This document shows positions 8,487 through 16,112 of a DNA stretch of 20,076 nucleotides, piece after piece (the first letter of the stretch is position 1; every line of letters begins with the position of its first letter). The notes beneath the pieces were generated by a model, which had not been told where the DNA came from, did not search any database, and worked only from the letters and a program-made list of their open reading frames with translations. The translations under genes were made by a program, and so were the position numbers. The stretch is from Nanohaloarchaea archaeon B1-Br10_U2g1 (GTDB lineage: Archaea > Nanohalarchaeota > Nanosalinia > Nanosalinales > Nanosalinaceae): NCBI GenBank assembly GCA_001563875.1, contig LKMN01000012.1, forward strand, positions 1-20,076, given 5' to 3'.

Positions 8487-10232
8487 ATGAACGATTTCAA
8501 CAAATACTTAACGGTTACAGCACTAATACTGGCCTTCATCGGTTTAGCATCCGCAAGCGCCGCAGAACTAACAATTTTCCCTGAAGAATCATCAACGAAA
8601 ATTGATTCTTTCACATCTTACCAGGTCGAGGTTGAAAACGTCGGACCTGTAGAAGATGTTTATGAGATGAGCTCCAACAGCCCTGAGGAGATAACTATCG
8701 CTCCTACAAGAGTGCCTGAAGAAGGTAATCTTGAACCGGGAGAGACAAAGACAGTAAACGTATGGTACAACCCTCGTGAAACAGCATCGGAGGGTAGAGA
8801 GTCTTTCGAAATAACAGCCACCTCCAGAGCATCAGGAGAGAGATACACGACAACCGGCCACGTAAACATAATCAAAGACCACCAGGTAAGTCTTAACTCG
8901 GCAGAAACTTCTAGAACTGTATGTCTAGACGAAGATGCGACATACGAGATAGAAGTAGGAAATGATGGAACACAGAAAGACGAGTACCAGTTAGAAACAG
9001 AGTTTGGAGAGCTTTCAGATGAACGAATCGAGCTCTACCCTGATGAGACAAGAACCGTGACAGTGACCGGATCTTCAGAGGAAGAAGCGACAGAGAACTT
9101 CAACGTAAGAGCTTCATCTAGAACCGCTAGCTACGATACAGAAAGTATTGGATTAGAGTTTGAGGCGGAAACATGCTGGGATTCAGAGATCTCTATGACG
9201 CCTGAACAGCAAGATGTAGCTGCTTTCACAGAGGCAGAATATGAGGTAACTGTAAGGAACACAGGAACAAGAACAGATGAGTTCGTGCTCTCAGCAAGCG
9301 AAGGCGAATTAGAGGAGTCTGTGCTTGAGATACCTGGAGGAGATTCTGCAACGACTGGCCTTACAGTAACTCCTGAAGAACTTGGAACAAAGGATGTAGA
9401 AGTAACAGCTGAATCAAACGTAGAGTCGACAGGAACAGCAGAGATGGATGTCTATAACGGAATGGATCTGGATATAAGATTCCCTGGAGATACAACAGCA
9501 TGTGAAAAAGAGATCGCTGAAGCAGAAGTAACCATAGAGAATACAGGAGAAGCTGAAGAAACTTACAACCTTGAAGAGTCAGAAGGAGAGCTTTCAGAGT
9601 CCGAAGTGACTCTAAGCCCTGACGAAGAGGAGACCGTGGAACTAGTCATTGATACAGAAGACTACGACCTCGGAGAACACGAATTAGAAGTTACAGGTAC
9701 AGCGGCAAGCTTTGGAGAGCCCGTTGAAACCGCTACAACTGAGTTAGAAGTAGAGAACTGCTGGGATCTAGAGCTAAACGTAGTTCCGGAAGTGGCAAGC
9801 GCAGGTGAAAACCGAAGCACCGTATACAGAATCGATATAGAGAACCCTGGAACACGGACGAACACTTATGAGATAACCCATAACGGTCCGGAATGGTTGT
9901 CAATCACTCCTAGAGAACAAGAAGTAGCTCCAGGACAGCAGGAAATATCCTACATGTATGCCGGAGTGCCATTCGAGAAGAAAGGAGAACTCGAGATAAC
10001 AGTAACCGGAACAGGAACAGATATACAGAAGTCTACAACAGCCAAACTGCTAATGGATAAGGATCTAGAAGAAGCAATTGAGGACGATAGTGAAAGAGCG
10101 ACAGGAAGGTTCACACAGAGAGCAGGAGATCTAGTAGATTCGGTGACTAGCCTTGAAGGACTAGGAAGAATAGGATTAGCAATAGTTGTAGGACTCGGTA
10201 TAACCGCCCTTATTATCTACCGTGAATGGTAG
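8487..10232 (+). CDS. Type I membrane surface protein with five tandem Ig-like (COG1470/NPCBM-associated/CARDB-like) repeats
   Basis: ORF-track 8460..10232; ATG 8487 preferred (SD, signal peptide MNDFNKYLTVTALILAFIGLASASA); five (Y/A)-x-V/I-x-V/I-x-N-x-G-x3-(D/E/N)-x-(Y/F) repeats; C-terminal TM IGLAIVVGLGITALIIY then REW. Confidence 0.85.
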   Translation: MNDFNKYLTVTALILAFIGLASASAAELTIFPEESSTKIDSFTSYQVEVENVGPVEDVYEMSSNSPEEITIAPTRVPEEGNLEPGETKTVNVWYNPRETASEGRESFEITATSRASGERYTTTGHVNIIKDHQVSLNSAETSRTVCLDEDATYEIEVGNDGTQKDEYQLETEFGELSDERIELYPDETRTVTVTGSSEEEATENFNVRASSRTASYDTESIGLEFEAETCWDSEISMTPEQQDVAAFTEAEYEVTVRNTGTRTDEFVLSASEGELEESVLEIPGGDSATTGLTVTPEELGTKDVEVTAESNVESTGTAEMDVYNGMDLDIRFPGDTTACEKEIAEAEVTIENTGEAEETYNLEESEGELSESEVTLSPDEEETVELVIDTEDYDLGEHELEVTGTAASFGEPVETATTELEVENCWDLELNVVPEVASAGENRSTVYRIDIENPGTRTNTYEITHNGPEWLSITPREQEVAPGQQEISYMYAGVPFEKKGELEITVTGTGTDIQKSTTAKLLMDKDLEEAIEDDSERATGRFTQRAGDLVDSVTSLEGLGRIGLAIVVGLGITALIIYREW

Positions 10233-10244
10233 TAAATCCATACC

Positions 10245-10265
10245 TCTTCTTTTACTTTATTCTTC
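10245..10265 (+). terminator. Pyrimidine/T-rich terminator candidate
   Basis: TCTTCTTTTACTTTATTCTTC just downstream of the stop at 10232. Confidence 0.45.
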
Positions 10266-10472
10266 TACTCTATTTGAATTCTAAAAGGTAGACGTTTGTT
10301 TATTAGTCTTCCATAATTACCTTGCACTTTATTCTGGTCTTGGGAGTAAACCGGAAAACATTTTTACCTATTGGATTTAGTATAGTTGTGGTTACCGCAA
10401 AAGTCTCAAAACTATGCTCCAGATAATAGTTGAAGATATTAAAGAGAAAATATAGGTTGAATGAGAAGTTGT

Positions 10473-11456
10473 TTATCTTCCTTCAACGGTCACAGTTGTC
10501 TGTTCCTCTATATTGTATCCATAAGATGCAACCAGGTTGATGTTCGATGTTATTTCCTCCTGATCTATCATGTCAGGTGAAGACCATTCAAAACATGCAC
10601 GTGCTTCATCATTTACAAGTTCTGTCTCAATTTTGGCGCCCTCTTCAGTGTCTTCTCCTGTCTCTCCGCTACCTGGTTCAAAGACTATATCACCTACATC
10701 CTCTGCTTCGATTTCTACGATGTCTTCATAATCTGAATCTACGCTGTATACATCTTCCGTATCTTCATGATAGGATTCATCGTGGAGGAACGGTGTTCCT
10801 GGCCCTTCATCTCTGACCATTACACAGAAATCATCTGTATCATCTCCGTCGTCGTCATACTGTACCTTGGGAGTAGTTCCTAAGACCTCAAGCTGTATAG
10901 GGCCCGAATCGTTGTCGGTTTCTGCGGAAGTTTCTGTAGTATCCGAGTCTAAATACCTGTCTTCAGACATCATCGTCATCTGTGTTCCTGCCTGAGTTTC
11001 ATACCTATAGAACACGTCTAGGTTGAATGTTTCTGTAGGAGCTCTTCCTTCACCATAGCTAGGAGCAGTAAGCGTTATGCTCTCTGTGCTGGGAATAGGG
11101 CTTTCCCCGTCACCTGGAGAGTTAGCATCACCCATAGTGAATGTTCTATCTGCTCTTGAGTCCATAGCTTCCTCACTAGAGCTTCTCCATGCACTGTCCT
11201 GATCGGAGCTGCTGGCGAACGTTGGTCCAAAAAGTCTTACAGCTATATCTTCAGCGTCAGCTTGTCCCTCGTTTTCTATCTCAATATCTAAGGAAAGTGT
11301 AGTATCACTAGGTATTGAGGCCTGAGACGGAGAGAAATCGGTTACTGTTACAGGATTTGTCTGGGTTTCTGCACTATCTCCGTTGTCTACACATCCTGAT
11401 GCTATGACAACAAGCGATATAAGAACTAGTAGTATCTTGTTTCGTTCGAACCGCAT
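10473..11456 (-). CDS. Lipoprotein, two Ig-like beta-sandwich domains (paralog 3 of tandem array)
   Basis: 327 aa; signal MRFERNKILLVLISLVVIASG-C; motifs IEIENEG, FYRYET, SGPIQLEV, ASYGY shared with neighbours; abuts the upstream stop with 0-bp gap. Confidence 0.85.
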   Translation of the reverse strand: MRFERNKILLVLISLVVIASGCVDNGDSAETQTNPVTVTDFSPSQASIPSDTTLSLDIEIENEGQADAEDIAVRLFGPTFASSSDQDSAWRSSSEEAMDSRADRTFTMGDANSPGDGESPIPSTESITLTAPSYGEGRAPTETFNLDVFYRYETQAGTQMTMMSEDRYLDSDTTETSAETDNDSGPIQLEVLGTTPKVQYDDDGDDTDDFCVMVRDEGPGTPFLHDESYHEDTEDVYSVDSDYEDIVEIEAEDVGDIVFEPGSGETGEDTEEGAKIETELVNDEARACFEWSSPDMIDQEEITSNINLVASYGYNIEEQTTVTVEGR

Positions 11457-12233
11457 TCAGTTTACAACTCCGATGTTCACTGATGGGGACTGGATGTATT
11501 TATAAGATATGTCGAAGAACACGTTTTCGACTCTTTCCTCGCCTGTATCGGGCTCCACCTGGCAGGTATAACTTGTATCTTGTCCTTCAAGCACCTCTTG
11601 TTCGCCTTCACAGTCAGAGAAAATATCGCTCTCAAACGACATTTCATAGTCTGAACCTACTCTTCCTTCCCCAACATCCTGTATGTCTATGTGGGCAGTG
11701 GTTCCCTGATCGGATATAGGCTGAGTCATCGTAATATCTACCTGTATCTCACTGTTGGTGAAAGAAGATGTCTGATCCTCTGTACGATCTATCTCCTCAT
11801 GCGGCATTATCTGGACTTGGTAAGGCTCTAAATTTTCAAGGACGGATCTATATTGGAGATCTAAGCTTACAGGAACATTCCTTCTTTCAAACCCTTCAAC
11901 ATCTTCCTCGTTAGCTTCTATATTCCACGAGCACTCCATCTGCGATGGACTTTCCTGCGAACCTTCAGGAACCTCATCCGCTTCCGGTGTACAGCTTCTT
12001 TCAGAGACCTCTAAAAAGTCTGTATTAAATAGCGACATACTTTCGATCGGAAGATCTTTATCTTGATAGTTTTCAAGCGTTAACTCGATTCTGGCTTGTT
12101 GATCCGGTATTATCTCTTGATCGGTTGCAGAGAACTCGGATACTTGAAGACCCTGGGCTTCACCGCCATTATCCAGACAGCCTGAAGACAAGACAATTAA
12201 ACCTAGGAAGAGAGCAATCCTTAGGTTATCCAC
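11457..12233 (-). CDS. Lipoprotein, two Ig-like beta-sandwich domains (paralog 2)
   Basis: 258 aa; GTG start overlapping the upstream gene by 8 nt; signal MDNLRIALFLGLIVLSSG-C; motifs LTLENY, CSWNI, LQYRS, NSEIQVDI, ISYKY. Confidence 0.85.
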   Translation of the reverse strand: MDNLRIALFLGLIVLSSGCLDNGGEAQGLQVSEFSATDQEIIPDQQARIELTLENYQDKDLPIESMSLFNTDFLEVSERSCTPEADEVPEGSQESPSQMECSWNIEANEEDVEGFERRNVPVSLDLQYRSVLENLEPYQVQIMPHEEIDRTEDQTSSFTNSEIQVDITMTQPISDQGTTAHIDIQDVGEGRVGSDYEMSFESDIFSDCEGEQEVLEGQDTSYTCQVEPDTGEERVENVFFDISYKYIQSPSVNIGVVN

Positions 12234-13134
12234 GCGGAGACACCTGTATAGTCCTCGATCCTGCGTTTTTTACATACTCGTAGTCCGCTTCTATAGATAC
12301 ATCGAATATCTCTGCAGGACCATCAAGCTCATCAGGAACCTCTAAATCACATACAATGACCTCTGACTGTCCCTCATGCATGTTGACCCCTTCATCCACA
12401 GGATCGTTGCATATATCTTCAACCTCTTCTCCTCCCAAAAGTTCGTCAGAGATATCTATATCCATACTGTCTTGGTCTATATTTACTACACCTGCCTCAT
12501 ATCCTTCCTCTACTTCTTGGTTAACGAACTGCATTTCAACCGTTATGGTGCTATCCTCGCCCTGTACATAGGTGTTAGGCTCCTGAGCAGCTCCAGATAA
12601 CGTGTTTATAGACATATACATAGGCCCCGATGAGGACCTTGACTCAAGTGCTTCCGCACCTTCAACAGAAGAGTCTTCCTTGACCTCTATCTGCTGAAAA
12701 GCTTGGACGCTATAATTGAACGGTAGCCTGAAGCTTAGATCACAACTTATATCGTACAAGGGTACTTCTCCAGACTGTTCTAAGTTCCAATCCATCCTTA
12801 TACTGTCTCCATTATCTAAGCTATAGACACCTTCCGATACTTCAGAGTTAGGAGGAGTATTATACGAAAATTCCTCTAGGTCGAAGTCATCTTGACATCG
12901 ATCGATTAGTATATTTTCTCCATCTTCTTCTACTTGTAGATCCGCCGGTATATTACCCATGTTCGCGGCCTCTGTTACCACTCGAGAAGTATCTCCTTCA
13001 TGCACCTGCGAAGGATTGACTGAAAGCTCTCTAACCTCCACAGCCTCAGGTCCTTCGCTTGATGCCCCATTCAAGCATCCGGCCGCAAAGACGACAAGAA
13101 ACAACAGAGTTAAAACTTGGTTTTTATCATGCAT
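12226..13134 (-). CDS. Lipoprotein, two Ig-like beta-sandwich domains (paralog 1, first gene of operon)
   Basis: 302 aa; signal MHDKNQVLTLLFLVVFAAG-C; motifs AANMG, MDWNL, PFNYS, SSGPMYMSI, ADYEY. Confidence 0.85.
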   Translation of the reverse strand: MHDKNQVLTLLFLVVFAAGCLNGASSEGPEAVEVRELSVNPSQVHEGDTSRVVTEAANMGNIPADLQVEEDGENILIDRCQDDFDLEEFSYNTPPNSEVSEGVYSLDNGDSIRMDWNLEQSGEVPLYDISCDLSFRLPFNYSVQAFQQIEVKEDSSVEGAEALESRSSSGPMYMSINTLSGAAQEPNTYVQGEDSTITVEMQFVNQEVEEGYEAGVVNIDQDSMDIDISDELLGGEEVEDICNDPVDEGVNMHEGQSEVIVCDLEVPDELDGPAEIFDVSIEADYEYVKNAGSRTIQVSPRG

Positions 13135-13139
13135 ATATA

Positions 13140-13940
13140 ATGAATTTCTCTAGCAGCGTTAAAAACTTTCTATACGAATACTTCTGGCTGCCTGTAGCAG
13201 ATCCAACTGTCTACTACAACCCCTACAACACTGTTATTTACGCCCTACTTTTCGGATTAGCTGCTATCTACCTAGGTTATCCTTTGCTTAAGAAGTTAGG
13301 TCTTAATCTAGATAAGAAATTCTTCATAGGTATAGGCCCTTATGTTTTCTTAGGTGGGTTTGCGAGGTCGCTTAGAGATATACAGGTGGTAGACACCATC
13401 CTACTTGAAACGCCTTTTATCTACATTATAATGTTCTTGTTCACAGTTACAATGCTCCTAACCTCCTTAAAGATTCAGGAGCTCAAGGAAGTTTCTTACC
13501 ATAAACCTTTCTCTGCTGCAGGTGTTTTAGCAATAGCTTTGACGCTGCCTTTCTACAGCATAGAAAACTTTAGTATCTTAATAGGTTTTGTAGTTGTTTC
13601 CCTTTCATGGATCGCGCTAGGAATTTTAATACTCCGACAACTAAAGCCTGAGCTACTGAACTATACGTTTACGGTTCCTATAGCTGCACACTTCTTTGAT
13701 GCAACCTCTACATACGTAGGAATAACTTTAGCAGGAGCAGAAGAGAAACATGTCCTTGCAGACTCTGTTATGCAGTTAGTAGGGCCTTCAGGAATATTTC
13801 TAGTTAAGGCAGGAATTATCATACCTGTGGTCTGGATTATATACAACGACTTTGAAGGAGAGAAGAGGAACTACTACATGTTCTTGATAGCGATGCTAGG
13901 TTTTGCGATAACCACCAGGAACATGTTATCTATACTCTAG
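13140..13940 (+). CDS. DUF63 (COG1967) family polytopic membrane protein; AliA/AliB-like candidate lipoprotein lipidation enzyme
   Basis: Motifs YNPYNTVIYA, PYVFLGGFARSLRD, LLETPFIY, AHFFDATSTYVGI...EEKHVL, LGFAITTRNML recognised as DUF63; about 8 hydrophobic segments. ATG 13140 preferred because 13059 would overlap the divergent lipoprotein gene. Link of DUF63 to haloarchaeal AliA/AliB is recalled knowledge, not verified here. Confidence 0.8.
   Translation: MNFSSSVKNFLYEYFWLPVADPTVYYNPYNTVIYALLFGLAAIYLGYPLLKKLGLNLDKKFFIGIGPYVFLGGFARSLRDIQVVDTILLETPFIYIIMFLFTVTMLLTSLKIQELKEVSYHKPFSAAGVLAIALTLPFYSIENFSILIGFVVVSLSWIALGILILRQLKPELLNYTFTVPIAAHFFDATSTYVGITLAGAEEKHVLADSVMQLVGPSGIFLVKAGIIIPVVWIIYNDFEGEKRNYYMFLIAMLGFAITTRNMLSIL
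13159..13170 (-). promoter_or_regulatory. BRE/TATA promoter for a leaderless lipoprotein operon, embedded in the DUF63 coding sequence
   Basis: Minus strand GAAAG-TTTTTAA; TATA is 25-31 nt upstream of ATG 13134. Confidence 0.6.
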
Positions 13941-13941
13941 T

Positions 13942-16101
13942 TTATACGCCAGGTATGAAGCTCCATACACTTCCTCCTTCAGACTCTTCTTCCTCATCTA
14001 CAGTAACTAGTTCCGGGCGGACACCGGTTATATTGATAGCTTGGCCTGGAGATTGTTGTGCTGTAATAATATCTTGAGGCTCCAACGCAATTATGCCTTC
14101 GTAATCGTCTATATTGCTCCATGCCTCACCGCTGTTCTGTCTAGAGTAGTAAGTGAAGAAGTCTTGTTCTTCAATAGTGGACTGTTCTAGCTGAAGAGCC
14201 ATCTCTCCTCTTCTAAGCTCTAGATCTAAGTTGCTGTCAGGTGGAGATACTTGACCTCCTTCCGGATCTATACCACAGCCATCAGCAGCGTCTACACCCT
14301 CACAGGTCGCTCTCTGTACTTGAGGATCGTTCTCATCACTTATCTCATCTTGGTCGGCCTCCTCAAGGTTAAGAGGCACAACTATAGGGCAGTTATGCTC
14401 GCTACAAAGACTGTTGTAGGCCTGAAAATTACCTATACCTTCTTCAAGACGTGTAGTATAGTTTGCAGCAACATGCATCGTCATGGTCTCTCCTGCAGGA
14501 TTGACCTGGTGGTTGTCTTCAAGATTGAAGTTACATCCGAAAAGAGACGGTCTAACATCTCTATCAAACCAGTGGTCTGATGGAAGACCTCTATCTTCAT
14601 CCTCTCCCGCCATTAGATTAGCTTTCTGATCTTCAGAAAGCTCCAATGTATCATAACTTCCATCCGCGTCGGTCGAAGTAGGTACAAAGGCGCAGCTCTG
14701 GGCGTTTTCAAGGTCCTGCTCATAGTTGTTTCCAAAGTCAACACATCCTCCATCATCAGCAGCAATACATGTCCGAGAAGGAGGAGTTATCTCTAAGTCC
14801 TCTACTTGGTAAGAGACCTCACTTTCTCCGGTCTCCAAAGTTGTCTCAACAGATACAGGTTGCTGAGATTCTCCAGTAGCCTCATCAAATGTTGCAGGCG
14901 AGCTAACACCCATTGCGGCCTGTACAGGTGTGTCTGCAGTCACAGAGCTTATCTGTCTAATATCTATCTGTTCGGACTGTCTTGCTTGTTCAGACATTGC
15001 TTCAAAATTAAGTGTGGACTGTGAAAAGTAGTCGTACCGTATATCTAGGTTTGCAGACAACATTTCGCGTGCACCAGGCTGTATCATGCCACAGTTCTTA
15101 AGAGTAAGTTCCTCGTGTTCTACAAAACCTTGAGCCGCAGAGGAACCCGGTATTAGGTCGTTTCCTGTGCCTAAGCCATCCTCTTCAATATCGAAGCCGT
15201 CAACAGGCGTCCATCCGGTATCACACTGGACTTCACTGCCGTCATCTATAGTGACCCGGTAACTTACATTCATAGCCTCTATACCTCTAAGACCGTGACG
15301 TGTATTGTATATATCGTATGAGATAGGTATTGTCTGATCCGGTTCTGAGAAAGCTACGTCTATTGAGTCTCCTGCACCCACATCAAAGCTTCTGATATTT
15401 AGACCGAACTCCCTTCCAACGCTTTCACTTCCCGGTCTTTCCGTCTGGTTAAGCTGGTGTTCTCTTAGACAGTGAGGTCCTTCCCCTACACAGGACAGAA
15501 ACCCTAAAGCCTGAGATCCCTGGTAACTTATCTCTCCCGTTATAGGCTGGACAGCCTGACTCATACCTATTCTGTCAAACGTCCCTCCAATATAGTAGTC
15601 AGTATACTGCACTAGGACGTTGTTTTCCGAGACTCCTGCAATATTAGCTAGTCCCGGAATTACTGCTAGAAACATTATCAAGACCATAAGAACTCCTGCA
15701 ACAGCTAATAAGCTTCTTCCTTCAGAATTTTGGCCTCTTCTGGATTTATCGGCTCTCCTATCAATCTCCATTCTCCTTTTTTCTTCTTCAGAAGGAGCAA
15801 GCTTGTTTAGAACCGGTATAGGAGATATAATCGCACAGAAAACCATATCAACAACATCAACATCCTTGTTTATCACAATACTAACTAATCCCAGTATAAA
15901 AGAAGGTAAACCAATCACAGCACCTACACCTGTCAGAGATGTTCCTAATCTTCTAGCCCACCTCTTCTTGTTTATAAGATGTTTTCTTATCTGTTTTTTA
16001 CGGCCTTGTACAGCATTACTTATCTTTGAACGGATCCAGCCAGTAAGTCTCTGTATTGGGCCGCGGTCAGGTTCATACCGAAGATCTTCATAGTTATCCA
16101 T
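13942..16101 (-). CDS. Large Cys-rich membrane-anchored surface protein containing the same two-domain module as the three lipoproteins
   Basis: 719 aa; basic N-terminus, 2-3 hydrophobic segments in the first ~155 aa, acidic ectodomain with 12 Cys; motifs GLNIRSF, ISYDIYN, LDIRYDYFS, ADTPVQAAM, GCNFNL, VAANYT; SD-like GAGGTGA at 16123-16117. Confidence 0.85.
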   Translation of the reverse strand: MDNYEDLRYEPDRGPIQRLTGWIRSKISNAVQGRKKQIRKHLINKKRWARRLGTSLTGVGAVIGLPSFILGLVSIVINKDVDVVDMVFCAIISPIPVLNKLAPSEEEKRRMEIDRRADKSRRGQNSEGRSLLAVAGVLMVLIMFLAVIPGLANIAGVSENNVLVQYTDYYIGGTFDRIGMSQAVQPITGEISYQGSQALGFLSCVGEGPHCLREHQLNQTERPGSESVGREFGLNIRSFDVGAGDSIDVAFSEPDQTIPISYDIYNTRHGLRGIEAMNVSYRVTIDDGSEVQCDTGWTPVDGFDIEEDGLGTGNDLIPGSSAAQGFVEHEELTLKNCGMIQPGAREMLSANLDIRYDYFSQSTLNFEAMSEQARQSEQIDIRQISSVTADTPVQAAMGVSSPATFDEATGESQQPVSVETTLETGESEVSYQVEDLEITPPSRTCIAADDGGCVDFGNNYEQDLENAQSCAFVPTSTDADGSYDTLELSEDQKANLMAGEDEDRGLPSDHWFDRDVRPSLFGCNFNLEDNHQVNPAGETMTMHVAANYTTRLEEGIGNFQAYNSLCSEHNCPIVVPLNLEEADQDEISDENDPQVQRATCEGVDAADGCGIDPEGGQVSPPDSNLDLELRRGEMALQLEQSTIEEQDFFTYYSRQNSGEAWSNIDDYEGIIALEPQDIITAQQSPGQAINITGVRPELVTVDEEEESEGGSVWSFIPGV

Positions 16102-16112
16102 GCCTGATATAG

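Noticed and set aside
13059-13139. 27-aa N-terminal extension of DUF63 in the ORF track
   Set aside because: Overlaps the divergent lipoprotein signal peptide; family-like sequence begins after Met 13140.
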